DNA of 39,092 nt, taken from a virus. Below the pieces are notes generated by a model that was not told the DNA's origin, made no database searches, and worked only from the letters and a program-made list of their open reading frames with translations. The stretch lies in the IMG/VR virus record IMGVR_UViG_3300045988_134801; one strand, 5' to 3'. Below are positions 21,671-30,821 of the stretch, in pieces. How positions within the stretch are numbered: the first letter of the stretch is position 1; every line of letters begins with the position of its first letter. A program made the position numbers and the translations under genes.

Positions 21671-24665
21671 TTCTCACCTTCCTTGCGAAGTCGCGGTCCC
21701 CTATCGTCGGCGTGTATCGGGCGATGATCGATCCGAGGTCGTCGTGCAGCGATTCGACGGCCGCGATGAGTTCCCGCAGATCACCGTCGCCGGCATTGGC
21801 GCCGGTGCCGGCCGTGACGTTCAGCCTGCCGGTCTTCGACCAGTCCGCGTCGGAGAGGCTCATCGTGGAGACGAGCGAATCCATGGAACGGCTGACCACA
21901 TGCGCGGAATCGTCGATGCCCAATGCCATGCCACGTCCGACCATCACGCCGACCTCGTCGCGGAACACACGCGACGGCGAGTGGATGCCCAAAGCGTTCT
22001 TGGCCTTGTCCACCAAGCCCGACAACGCGTTGGTGATGCTGGAATACAACGAGCCGACCATTCCTGTGATGCCGTTGATCAATCCCTGGATGATGTTGCG
22101 TCCCGCGCTGACGAGCCAGCTTCCCGCGCCGGACACCGCGCTCCGGACGGTTCCGCCGATCCCGCTCACGACGCTCCCGACACGGCCAACCATGTTGCTT
22201 ACGGTGCCGACGATGCCGCCCCAGACGCTCGACACAATGCTTCCGACGCCATTCCACAACGCGGCCCACACGCTTCGGATTGTCGAGCATGCGGCGGATA
22301 CCACTCCGCTGACCATGCCGACTCCCGCGGAGACGACGCCTTGGATGCCGCCCCACACTGCCGACACGATGCCCTGGATGGCCGACCACGCGGCGCTCCA
22401 GTTCCCGTTGACGACCGCGAGCGCCAGTTGGATGATGCCTTGGATGACGGCGAGTGCGGTGCTGATGACTGTGGCGATGATGGTCCATGCGCCTTGTACG
22501 ACGGTGGATATGGTGTTCCATAGTCCGTTCCAGACCGTGCTGATGATTGTGACGGCGGTTTGGAAGATGGTTTGGATGTTCTGTATTCCGGCTTGCAGGA
22601 GTGGTGTGATGGTGGTGATGAATGTTTGGATGCCGGTGATGATCGCGGTGAGTGCGATCATGATGATGGGGCCGATCGTGTTCCAGACGTTTTGGAGGAC
22701 GGTGGTGATGAGTGTCCATCCGGTTTGCCAGATTTGTTGGATTTGGCTCATGGTCTGGGTGATGAATATGGCGATGGCTTGCAGGATTGGCTGGCATGCG
22801 GTGCTGATCTGGTTCCAGATTCCCATGAACCATGTGGCGAAGCTGTTCCAGAGTCGTTTGCCCGTTTCGGTTTGGGTGAAGAACCATGTCAGTGCGGCGA
22901 CGACCGCGCCGATGGCTACGACAAGCATGCCGATCGGATTCGCATCCAAGGCAGCGCTGAATGCCAATTGCACGGCGGTAGCAGCCTTGGTCACCGAGCT
23001 CCACGCCGATTGGGCGGCCTTGACGATATTGAACGAGCTGGCGAGTTGCTTCAGGCCGCCCGCCGCGCTTCCCACGTCGGATAATTTGCCGATCAGATCG
23101 AATGCGGCCGTGGCGGTCTTCTCCACGCCGGAGGCGGTCGCGGAGATGGCCTTCAGTCCGCCGGAAACCGTTTTCAGCCCGGTCGAGACGATGTCCCAGC
23201 CCTTGACGGCGAGCAATGCGACGGCGATGGCTTTCAGGGCGCCGGACACCAGCGCGCCGTTCTGCTGCGCCCACTGCCCGACCGACTGCAGCCAGCCGCC
23301 CACGGTCATGAGCGCGCCGGTGAGCGTGTCGAGGACCGCCGCGAACCGCTGTGCCGCCAATCCCGCCGTCTGCCCGGAGTTGTCGAAGCCGAGCGCCTGC
23401 GATGCGGCCGAGACGAGCGCCGTGGCCACCGATGCAAGTCCGGTGGCGAGGTTCGCCAGCGCATGCAGGAAGGGCTGGAGAGCACCTGTCTCGATGAACG
23501 TGTTGACGAACGTCTTCGCCCATCCCGCGGCGTTGGCCAGGGACTGCGCGGCCGATGCGAGCAGATTCCCGAGCGCGGAGACGATGCCGCCGAATCTCGA
23601 GGAGGCCTCGCCGCCGAGGTTCAGTTTGGAGGTCAGCGAGACCATCGCGGCAGCCAGGCCTGACAGCTGCGCCCTGAGGCTCGTGACCGATGCCATGAGC
23701 ATCTGGATCCCCGGCAGGTTCCGGACGAACGTGGAGAATGAGGTGAGCTTCGCCTGCGCTGTGGGGATTGCCTGCTCCAATCCCTTCTGCAATCCGGCGC
23801 CGACTTTCTCCAGCGTCGGTTTCACGGCGGCGGTGAACGAGTCGATGAGCGGTATGGCCTGGTTGAACAGGCCTCGCAGGCCGTTGAGGAGCGGCGTGGC
23901 CGCGGTCTCGCCGAGTCGGCTCAACGCGGCCTTCACGTTGGCCAGGGCGCCGGCGAACGTGGTGCCGGCGCTCTGGGCGGCGCCGCCCAATCCTTCCTGC
24001 ATGGCGTCGGCGAAGGTCTGGAAGTCGATCTTGCCGTCCGAGACCATGTCGGACACTTCGGCGCTGGTCTTGTTCAGATGCTTGCCGAGCATCTGGAGGA
24101 CAGGGATGCCGCTCGACATGAGCTGGAGCATGTCGTCGCCCTGGAGTTTTCCTCGCGCGGCGACCGATCCGAAGATCGTGCCGATGTCGGTGAGGCTTCT
24201 GCCGCTGATCTGCGCGGTGTCGGCCACGGTCTTGAGGACCTTGGTGAGCTGGTCGCCTTCCTTGATGCCGGAGGCGGACAGGCTGGCCGCCACGGTCGCG
24301 GCGTCGCCAAGTCCGAACGCGGTGCCTTTGACGGAGGCGAGCGCGTCGTTCATGATTTCGGTGACGCTGGCGCTGTCGTGGCCGAGGCCTTTGAGTTTGG
24401 CTTGCGCGTTCTCGATGTTGAGGGCGCGGGTGAAGCCGCCTTTGGCGGCCAATGCGGTGATGCCGCCGGCGAGGGTGACGATCGCGCCTGTGCCGACCTT
24501 GCCGATTTTGCCGAATGCTCCGCCGATTTTCGAGATGAGGGTGTTGGAGCTTTTCTTGGAGGCTTTGTTGACGGCGTCGCCGATGTCGCCTTCGATGCTT
24601 TTGCCGAATCCTTTGCCGGATGGTTCGACGTGGACGTATGCGACGCCTATGTCCTGTGCTGCCAT
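21657..24665 (-). CDS. Tail tape measure protein
   Basis: 1002 aa. The N-terminal region is TMP-like (GFTRALNIENAQAKLKGLG...GRSLTDIGTIFGSVAARGKLQGDDMLQLMSSGIPV). It has long Ala/Gly/Thr-rich helical and TM-like repeats, and follows the chaperone pair. Confidence 0.92.
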   Translation of the reverse strand: MAAQDIGVAYVHVEPSGKGFGKSIEGDIGDAVNKASKKSSNTLISKIGGAFGKIGKVGTGAIVTLAGGITALAAKGGFTRALNIENAQAKLKGLGHDSASVTEIMNDALASVKGTAFGLGDAATVAASLSASGIKEGDQLTKVLKTVADTAQISGRSLTDIGTIFGSVAARGKLQGDDMLQLMSSGIPVLQMLGKHLNKTSAEVSDMVSDGKIDFQTFADAMQEGLGGAAQSAGTTFAGALANVKAALSRLGETAATPLLNGLRGLFNQAIPLIDSFTAAVKPTLEKVGAGLQKGLEQAIPTAQAKLTSFSTFVRNLPGIQMLMASVTSLRAQLSGLAAAMVSLTSKLNLGGEASSRFGGIVSALGNLLASAAQSLANAAGWAKTFVNTFIETGALQPFLHALANLATGLASVATALVSAASQALGFDNSGQTAGLAAQRFAAVLDTLTGALMTVGGWLQSVGQWAQQNGALVSGALKAIAVALLAVKGWDIVSTGLKTVSGGLKAISATASGVEKTATAAFDLIGKLSDVGSAAGGLKQLASSFNIVKAAQSAWSSVTKAATAVQLAFSAALDANPIGMLVVAIGAVVAALTWFFTQTETGKRLWNSFATWFMGIWNQISTACQPILQAIAIFITQTMSQIQQIWQTGWTLITTVLQNVWNTIGPIIMIALTAIITGIQTFITTITPLLQAGIQNIQTIFQTAVTIISTVWNGLWNTISTVVQGAWTIIATVISTALAVIQGIIQLALAVVNGNWSAAWSAIQGIVSAVWGGIQGVVSAGVGMVSGVVSAACSTIRSVWAALWNGVGSIVSSVWGGIVGTVSNMVGRVGSVVSGIGGTVRSAVSGAGSWLVSAGRNIIQGLINGITGMVGSLYSSITNALSGLVDKAKNALGIHSPSRVFRDEVGVMVGRGMALGIDDSAHVVSRSMDSLVSTMSLSDADWSKTGRLNVTAGTGANAGDGDLRELIAAVESLHDDLGSIIARYTPTIGDRDFARKVRSAIA

Positions 24666-24709
24666 CGTGTTTCCTTATTCGTATATTGGGATTCCGATGG
24701 CGGTCGGAG

Positions 24710-25437
24710 TCAGAGGTCGTCGTTGATGTGGAAGTAGGCTTTGAGCCGTTCCCTGTCCTCGCGTTGACGGCGGGTGAGGTTGTGCGTCGGGGTTGGCGGG
24801 CGGAGCGGGTCGTGCTCGTGGTCGAACCATGGGCGTTTGCGTTGTCCGGACAGCGTCCAGACCGCCTGTTCGGCTCCGTCGGGCGCGTAGACGGCGTTCT
24901 GCAACGCCATCCACGAGTGGCTCGTATGGTCTTTGAGGATTTCGCGGGTCAACGCCCAGGCGAGTCCCCAATCGACTCGTGGACGTTGGCCTTCAACCCA
25001 TTCCCGGAAGCGTACGGGCCTGTAGATCTGCCCGTACGCTCGGATCCAGTCGTAGGCTAGTGCCGCGCGATTGTTGTTCCAGAGGTGGGCGAGGTAAACG
25101 CTTTTGGGTCCAGTCCAGATTCCTCGGCCCACGCCTTGATGGTCGCGGTGAGGTAGGCCATCGGACGTTTGGTCTTGCGCAGCACGTTCCAGAAGTTCGG
25201 CTGCATCGTCTGGAAGTAGGCGAGGAACGTGCTCACGCAGGCCGTGGTTTCCTCGTCGGAGAGCATTGGCTTGCTTTTGACCAGGAGGATGGCCTGGACG
25301 AGTTCGATGGGCAGTTCCGCGTTGTTGAGGTTCGGCAGGTCGAGTTTGACGCCGGCGACCTCGAGGTGCACGTCGGGTTTGAGCTCTTCCGCTTCGGTCA
25401 GGTCTACGTCCACGACATGGTATTCTTTGTCGCTCAT
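24710..25437 (-). CDS. Tail assembly chaperone, -1 frameshift-extended form (gpGT-like)
   Basis: The -1 frame is open from the slippery heptamer at 25102-25108 down to the stop codon at 24710. The shifted reading continues ...GPKSVYLAHLWNNNRAALAYDW. Confidence 0.6.
25057..25437 (-). CDS. Tail assembly chaperone (gpG-like)
   Basis: 126 aa, acidic, located between the major tail and tape measure genes. ACGGAG SD. Confidence 0.8.
   Translation of the reverse strand: MSDKEYHVVDVDLTEAEELKPDVHLEVAGVKLDLPNLNNAELPIELVQAILLVKSKPMLSDEETTACVSTFLAYFQTMQPNFWNVLRKTKRPMAYLTATIKAWAEESGLDPKAFTSPTSGTTIARH
25102..25108 (-). promoter_or_regulatory. Programmed -1 ribosomal frameshift heptamer C_CCA_AAA
   Basis: The - strand reads GAC CCA AAA GCG in the chaperone frame, which fits the X_XXY_YYZ pattern. 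It lies 15 codons before the chaperone stop codon. Confidence 0.65.
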
Positions 25438-25475
25438 GTTGGCTCCGTTCTAATGGTTGGCGGTTGAATAGGTGT

Positions 25476-25507
25476 CCCGTGCGGCCGACCGCCATCGGCC
25501 GCACGGG
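25476..25507 (-). terminator. Perfect 13-bp GC-rich stem-loop just downstream of the major tail gene (possible partial terminator or attenuator)
   Basis: CCCGTGCGGCCGA (25476-25488) pairs with TCGGCCGCACGGG (25495-25507). No clear U-tract follows. Confidence 0.4.
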
Positions 25508-25520
25508 AAGAATCAATGGG

Positions 25521-26141
25521 CTACTTGGCGTCTTCAGTGACGAGGCCCCATGCGTGGAACTGTTCGCCGTTAGTGCCCTTGAGCATCTTGAACGTCATGC
25601 TGAAGTTCATGATCTCGCTGGATTTCAGGCTCACGTCGTCACGGTCGCTCACCTTCGCGTTGGTGCCGTACAGGAGGAACGGACGGTCCTGCTGGTCGAG
25701 CGCGACTAGCACGAGGATCCACTCCTTCTTCAATCCGGCACCCTTGATGCTGATGCCGCCGTCCGAATCGACGTCCACGTCGAAGTAGGCCGACACCACA
25801 TCCTTGCGGCCCTCCATGGCGGCGAGCTGCAGGGTCCAGTAACCCGGATCCGTGTCGGACAGCACAATGTCGCCGTTGTGGGCCTTGTAGTCGGTGCTGT
25901 CGCCCGGTTCCGGATGCAGTACGGCGCCGTCCTCCGTGGAGTAGCCGATCGGCTTCTTGCTTGCCGGCGGGGTCCAGGCCACTCCGGTCGGAGCCACGAA
26001 CGTGCTGTCGCCCTTGGGGAACAGGAACAGCGCGTAGTTCTTGATCAGGCGCACGTTGCCTGCGGTGTTGCCGCTGGACACGTACCCGTAGTCGGTCGCG
26101 CCCTGCGCGGCGACGGTGGTTTCTTCGTTGTTGTCAGACAT
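25521..26141 (-). CDS. Major tail protein
   Basis: 206 aa, located upstream of the chaperones. GGAAAGGTG SD. The composition is beta-rich. Confidence 0.8.
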   Translation of the reverse strand: MSDNNEETTVAAQGATDYGYVSSGNTAGNVRLIKNYALFLFPKGDSTFVAPTGVAWTPPASKKPIGYSTEDGAVLHPEPGDSTDYKAHNGDIVLSDTDPGYWTLQLAAMEGRKDVVSAYFDVDVDSDGGISIKGAGLKKEWILVLVALDQQDRPFLLYGTNAKVSDRDDVSLKSSEIMNFSMTFKMLKGTNGEQFHAWGLVTEDAK

Positions 26142-26196
26142 TCGTCTGCACCTTTCCGTTCTTCGCGTGTGGCGGCACGTTGTCTTTGGTTGTGTT

Positions 26197-26595
26197 TCAG
26201 TTGACGGTGACCTCGAGCAGGAGCACGCCGTACGCGCACACCAGTCTCTTGTCCTCGTCCGTCATGCGTACCGGCCCGGATTCGAGTGACGCGTCGATGA
26301 GCGGCGCGACGTTTCCAAGCCCGATGATCTCCCTCGCGATGGCCGCCCACACGCGTGCGGCCTTGTCCCAGTCGCCCGTATGGTCCTCTCTCATGCATCG
26401 CACGCTCAACCGCAGCCGCACGTACTGCGAGATTGGGGTGCTCATGCCTTGCATGGAGTCGGCCAGCGTGGCTTCGGTGAAGGGAGGTTCGAGGTCGCTT
26501 CGTTCGATGGTGTCGAACGTCACGTCCGGGAACAGTGTCCTCAGTTTGGGCAGGAGCAGGGGTTCCGTGCGCCGGGGAGTGACCGGGATGCTCAT
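26197..26595 (-). CDS. Tail terminator / tail-completion protein (positional call)
   Basis: 132 aa, ATGA-coupled, immediately upstream of the major tail gene. Confidence 0.55.
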   Translation of the reverse strand: MSIPVTPRRTEPLLLPKLRTLFPDVTFDTIERSDLEPPFTEATLADSMQGMSTPISQYVRLRLSVRCMREDHTGDWDKAARVWAAIAREIIGLGNVAPLIDASLESGPVRMTDEDKRLVCAYGVLLLEVTVN

Positions 26596-26828
26596 ACGCG
26601 CATCCTTCCGAGCGTGTCCTCTAGCGTGCCGTGCGCCTTCTCCACCGGTGCCGGGCAGATGATCGCCACGCCGCTACGGTTCTTGCCGTCATGGTCGCGG
26701 ACCATGCACCGGCTGTCGGTGACTGCCTCGTGGGCGGCTTCCCGCATGCGGTCCTGCAGCGTCTCGTTCTTCAGCACCTGCTGGCTGAACGCCTTGCGGT
26801 TGAATACGAATCTGCATCGTTTGGCCAT
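26592..26828 (-). CDS. Head-tail joining (neck) protein, 78 aa (positional call)
   Basis: GGGAAGGA SD. It lies inside the head-tail connector block. Confidence 0.5.
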   Translation of the reverse strand: MAKRCRFVFNRKAFSQQVLKNETLQDRMREAAHEAVTDSRCMVRDHDGKNRSGVAIICPAPVEKAHGTLEDTLGRMRV

Positions 26829-26831
26829 GGG

Positions 26832-27155
26832 TTATCCTTCCCGTTCGCCCACGGTGATCACGTCGCCGACGTGGCGCCCGTGGAGGTTGTCCCACACCTG
26901 CGGCTTGCCCTTGACGGGCAGCAGCCGGCCCCTGACTTTGATCAGGTCGGTGGCCTGGATGCCGGTCGGCTGGCTACCGCGGATGTGGATCGTGTATTCG
27001 ATGGTCTGCGGGCTGGCGTTCTCCTCGGTCTGGTCGGTGGTGGAGGTTGGCGCGACCATCGCCTGGAACGTGCCGACGCGGACGGGTTTGCCCTGGATGG
27101 GGTTGCCGTCCGTGTCGGTGGTGGACTGGCCGCGCCACACTTCGATGGTTTCCAC
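26832..27155 (-). CDS. Head closure / head-tail adaptor protein
   Basis: GTG start at 27155 with a GGGGGAGA SD 7 nt upstream. 107 aa and beta-rich (VETIEVWRGQSTTDTDGNPIQGKPVRVGTFQAMV), which resembles a head-closure protein. Confidence 0.6.
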   Translation of the reverse strand: METIEVWRGQSTTDTDGNPIQGKPVRVGTFQAMVAPTSTTDQTEENASPQTIEYTIHIRGSQPTGIQATDLIKVRGRLLPVKGKPQVWDNLHGRHVGDVITVGEREG

Positions 27156-27553
27156 TAGGACGTCTCCCCCGTTGCCATGTCGACGCTGAACGCGCGCTGA
27201 GCGTTGATGCCAAGGATGCGTTTCTCGTCGTCGCGCAGCCAGAGATCGCCGGTGGGCGCTCCGAAACTGTATTGTTCGCTGAAGCTGCCGGTGGTCTGGT
27301 TCATCTGCGTGATGCCGCCGGGAATGTCGTACGGGTCGGCCTGCATGATTCTGCGGACGATGTCGCAGGTGATCTTCGTCAGCAGGCGTGGCCGTTCTTC
27401 GAGGAGCCGCCGCCAGATGGGCGAGCGTTCCTTGATGTAGTCGGTCACGTCCGCGAGATGCGTGTCGGCTTTCTGACGTTCCTCGTCGGTGAGCTTGTGC
27501 CACCTCCGTTCGAGGTCGTCGGAGGTGGCGAACATGTCCGGTTCGTCCGTCAT
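27155..27553 (-). CDS. Head-tail connector protein (gp6-like)
   Basis: 132 aa beginning MTDEPDMFATSDDLERRWHKLTDEERQKADTHLADVTDYI. It is the first gene after the capsid gene. Confidence 0.65.
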   Translation of the reverse strand: MTDEPDMFATSDDLERRWHKLTDEERQKADTHLADVTDYIKERSPIWRRLLEERPRLLTKITCDIVRRIMQADPYDIPGGITQMNQTTGSFSEQYSFGAPTGDLWLRDDEKRILGINAQRAFSVDMATGETS

Positions 27554-27564
27554 GTCGGACTCCG

Positions 27565-28452
27565 TCAGGCGGTGAGCAGGACGAAGCGGTTGATGTCGCG
27601 GATACGGAACCCGACTTCGATTTCGATTCGGACGGCGAACATGTTGTGCTCCCACAGGTTTACCTGCTTGCCGTCGATGGTGATGGACGCCTGGTCGGAG
27701 ATGCTGGTCTGCATTCCTTCGACGGAGCCCCATGCGGCGGAGGAGAATTCTCCGCACACGCCGAGGATCTCTGCCTTGGCAGGTCCCGGTGTCTCGGATA
27801 CGGCGGGCACGTGCACGCCCTTGCTGATGTAGGTGCGGTTGCCGAGCACGGTGCTCACGTCGGAGGCGGCGGTGCCGTTGAGGAACAGGGGGCGTCCGTT
27901 GTTGTCGGTCGCCTGACGGAGCACACTGCGACCCTGGGTGCTCAACGCCCAACCGTCCACGGTTCCATCCGCTTCGGACACGAGGTCGTCGGCTTTGTTC
28001 AGGTTCTTCCACACGTCCTTGCCGATGCTGACGGTCTGCGCGCTCTTCAGGGTGTCGAAGTCCGCTCCCGGAGCGTCGACGAGACCCATGATGGTCTTGT
28101 CGAACGTGCGGGCGATGGCTCCCGGACCCTTCGCGACGACTTGGTCGTAGAGAGCGCCGAAGTCACGGCGGAACTGGTTGGAGAACGGCATGATGACCGC
28201 GATGGTGTACGGCAGCATGTCCTTCTTGCCGAAGGTGACGCCGCTCTTCGGCTTCTCGGCGCCCTCGTTGACCCATGCGGCCTCCGGGTCGCCGATGATG
28301 ATCGGCACGCGAGCGCCGTTGCCGGGCAGTTTCATCTCCGGCACGAGCTGCATGAACGCGCTCTGGTATTTTGCGGTCTGCCAGATCTCCGCCTGGGTTT
28401 CAGGGGTGAGGTCTAGACCGTTGCTTTTTCGGGTCATGGACGGATCTGTCAT
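27565..28452 (-). CDS. Major capsid protein (HK97-fold family)
   Basis: 295 aa from the ATG at 28452, with a GAAAGGA SD. It follows the scaffold gene and has capsid-like composition and length. Confidence 0.88.
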   Translation of the reverse strand: MTDPSMTRKSNGLDLTPETQAEIWQTAKYQSAFMQLVPEMKLPGNGARVPIIIGDPEAAWVNEGAEKPKSGVTFGKKDMLPYTIAVIMPFSNQFRRDFGALYDQVVAKGPGAIARTFDKTIMGLVDAPGADFDTLKSAQTVSIGKDVWKNLNKADDLVSEADGTVDGWALSTQGRSVLRQATDNNGRPLFLNGTAASDVSTVLGNRTYISKGVHVPAVSETPGPAKAEILGVCGEFSSAAWGSVEGMQTSISDQASITIDGKQVNLWEHNMFAVRIEIEVGFRIRDINRFVLLTA

Positions 28453-28490
28453 GATTTGTCCTTTCAAATGAATGTTGTTTGCTGGTTGGC

Positions 28491-29009
28491 TCACAGGAGC
28501 GTGTTGCTCATGGCGTTGACGAAGTCCTCGCGGCTGGAATGTTTAGTCTTGGCCTGTCCGGTGCGGGCGCTCTGGTCCGCGACCGTTCCTCGGGAACGCA
28601 TGTCGGCGAACACCTTCATGAGTTTCTCGGCGTATTCGCCGATCTGCTTCTCGTCGTCGCCCGCGAGGACGCTCGGGTCGGTAATGCCGTGTTTGGCCGC
28701 GACGTTGGCGCGTATCGTGGAGAGCTCCTTCTCGTGTTCGGCCTGTTTGGCTTCGCTTTTGAGCTTCTCGTTCTCCTCGAGCGCCTTGGAGAGCTTCGAT
28801 TCGAGGTCGGCTGTCTGTCCGGCCTTCTCCTTGAGCTCCTCGTAGTCGCTTTTCCTGCCGCGTTCCCTGCCGAGACGCTCGTTGATTATGCGGTCGACTT
28901 CCTCCTGGGTGAAGGTCCTCGGCTTCGCGTTGTTCACGTCCTTTGGGGCCGGAGTGCGCTGTTCCGGCTCCTGTTGGCCGTCTGCGCCGGTCTGGTTTTC
29001 TTCTGCCAT
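28491..29009 (-). CDS. Scaffolding protein
   Basis: 172 aa, highly charged coiled coil (EELKEKAGQTADLESKLSKALEENEKLKSEAKQAEHEKEL). AAGGAG SD. It lies upstream of the capsid gene. Confidence 0.8.
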   Translation of the reverse strand: MAEENQTGADGQQEPEQRTPAPKDVNNAKPRTFTQEEVDRIINERLGRERGRKSDYEELKEKAGQTADLESKLSKALEENEKLKSEAKQAEHEKELSTIRANVAAKHGITDPSVLAGDDEKQIGEYAEKLMKVFADMRSRGTVADQSARTGQAKTKHSSREDFVNAMSNTLL

Positions 29010-29121
29010 GGTTGGTGGCTCCTTTGCTTGTTCTTGGTTTCCACGCCTGACGCCGGCGAGTTGACGGCCATTCTTGTTGGTTTCGCGCATGGCTGCGCCC
29101 CGCCCCATCGCTGGGGTGTGA

Positions 29122-29162
29122 AAGGTAAAAGAAAAGCCATCACGTTTCGACGTGATGGCTTT
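29122..29162 (-). terminator. Rho-independent terminator inside the late region, after the toxin/immunity pair
   Basis: The - strand has stem AAAGCCATCACG / CGTGATGGCTTT followed by TCTTTTACCTTT. Confidence 0.7.
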
Positions 29163-29169
29163 CTGGGAT

Positions 29170-29409
29170 TCAGAGATTTCCCAGCGCTTTTCTTCGCGCG
29201 TATTCGGACCGCAGCTCGTCGGTCGACACATAGTCGCCGACGGACCAGCGCTTCTTTCCTTCGTTCCTGACCCATTCATATTCGGACGGCGGCATGGAGA
29301 TATCGCCATACTTGCGTTTGATTTCCGCAAGATGGCGCTCATCGGTGACTTCCTTCAAATCACCGGGCATAAACGTGAAACGGTCGGAACGATCCATAGG
29401 CTCAATCAT
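29170..29409 (-). CDS. Small protein (79 aa), ATGA-coupled to the MuF-ART gene; candidate immunity protein
   Basis: The ATG (29407-29409) overlaps the toxin stop codon (29406-29408). GC is lower than the surroundings and a terminator follows. Confidence 0.6.
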   Translation of the reverse strand: MIEPMDRSDRFTFMPGDLKEVTDERHLAEIKRKYGDISMPPSEYEWVRNEGKKRWSVGDYVSTDELRSEYARRKALGNL

Positions 29410-30821
29410 AGCAGTCTCAGATAAACGATCGGTCTGCCGTCGGATGCTCCAAGCCCTTCGAAACGAAGAGCCCTTCCTCTCGGCAGAAGAATTTCGTATT
29501 CTCCCGGATGCTGAATGATCGGCTCCACATACACGCCGGCGCTTCCCGGCGATACCAGGATTCTTGTGGCGATGCGGTCTTCCCCATCAACGTCAATGCC
29601 TCCCTCCTTGATGCTGGTGGCCATGTAGCCGATGTGTTCGAAGGTGCGACCGGTATTCAAATCGAAAAGCGACTCCATGTCGTTGACGTGGAACGTCGAC
29701 AACCGCATCTGCCTGTCGACCGTGAAACGTTCTCGGGTGATATGGTCGGATATCGCTTCGTCGATGCATTCGACCTGATGGATGACGTCTTTCGACGGGT
29801 TTCGTCCGCCGAACAGGTAGCCGTTGATACTTTTGTAGCTGTCTCCGGTCCAATCCATCAAGGCCGCGATCTTCTCGTCGTTGGAGAATCTATCTCCAGG
29901 CATCCTGACGCTATAATCCGACAATCTCGATAGTTCGGAAGCACTGATTGGAATCGATTTGCCGCTCCATCGAATCGTCGGTTGGGCAGTCACACCATCA
30001 TTGACCTCATCGTGATAGATGCGTCTCAATTGGGCTAGCGTGTCACGCCAGTCGCCGTCATCGCCGGCCGCAGCCTTGGCTGCCTGGTACATTTCACGAT
30101 ACTTGTCCGGATCGTATCCTTTGAGTTTGCTGCTGCCCCAGCTTGGCACGATGTCGCAGTCGCAGTCCGTATGGTATTGCATCTGCCGTCCGGCGGTGTC
30201 CTCGCTCAGGTAGGCGAAGCCACGCGAGGCGAGCATAAGGCAGAACGCGCATGTCTTAGCCCCTCGCGGCACACGCGCCCAGCGAGGCTTGGTGGGATCG
30301 TTGGCCACAGCCCTCTGCATGGTCAGCCGCCCGACGGTCTGAATCAGATTCTGCACGTATTCCAGCGCCTGCTCCTCGTCAGCGAACGTGGGCCACAGGT
30401 CGTCGATGGTTCTTCCGGCGTTGTTGTGAACGGCTCCGTTTTCATCTGGAATGACATCCTTGTAGTGCAATCCCATGAAGTCAGTGTTGTTGAAACCGCC
30501 TTCCATCTGCCAGACCGCGCGGTCGGCGGTGATGGAAGGCGGCTCGTATTCCGGCATATCGATTCCGCCGTACTGCGCCCACAGGTCGCGTACGTGGCCG
30601 TAGTAGTCGGATGCGAGCCTGCTGGCGGCGTCGGCATACCGGTTGATCTCCGCTTTGATGAGCTCCTGGCTTTCACCGTCCCAGACGAGGCCCGAGACAC
30701 TGTTGCCGGCCTCCTTCTGCAGGCGGCTCATGGTGTCCGTGTAATCCTCGTACAAATCATTGAGGTCGAGTTCAAGCCTTCTGCGTCGTTCCGGCGGCAG
30801 GTTCAGACTGTTCGGGCTCAT
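29406..30821 (-). CDS. MuF-like minor capsid protein fused to a C-terminal ADP-ribosyltransferase toxin domain
   Basis: The N-terminal half is MuF-like (PRWARVPRGAKTCAFCLMLASRGFAY...YHTDCDCDIVP). The C-terminal ART motifs are YKSINGYLFGG, FTVDRQM (Arg), GYMATSI (STS-like) and GEYEILLPRG (ExE). It lies directly after the portal gene. Confidence 0.85.
   Translation of the reverse strand: MSPNSLNLPPERRRRLELDLNDLYEDYTDTMSRLQKEAGNSVSGLVWDGESQELIKAEINRYADAASRLASDYYGHVRDLWAQYGGIDMPEYEPPSITADRAVWQMEGGFNNTDFMGLHYKDVIPDENGAVHNNAGRTIDDLWPTFADEEQALEYVQNLIQTVGRLTMQRAVANDPTKPRWARVPRGAKTCAFCLMLASRGFAYLSEDTAGRQMQYHTDCDCDIVPSWGSSKLKGYDPDKYREMYQAAKAAAGDDGDWRDTLAQLRRIYHDEVNDGVTAQPTIRWSGKSIPISASELSRLSDYSVRMPGDRFSNDEKIAALMDWTGDSYKSINGYLFGGRNPSKDVIHQVECIDEAISDHITRERFTVDRQMRLSTFHVNDMESLFDLNTGRTFEHIGYMATSIKEGGIDVDGEDRIATRILVSPGSAGVYVEPIIQHPGEYEILLPRGRALRFEGLGASDGRPIVYLRLL

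Noticed and set aside
21712-24726. 1004-aa + strand ORF, together with 21781-23523 (-) and 21591-22523 (+)
   Set aside because: They are antisense or off-frame shadows of the tape measure gene. The sequences are low-complexity with no SD, and the + strand would break the late operon.
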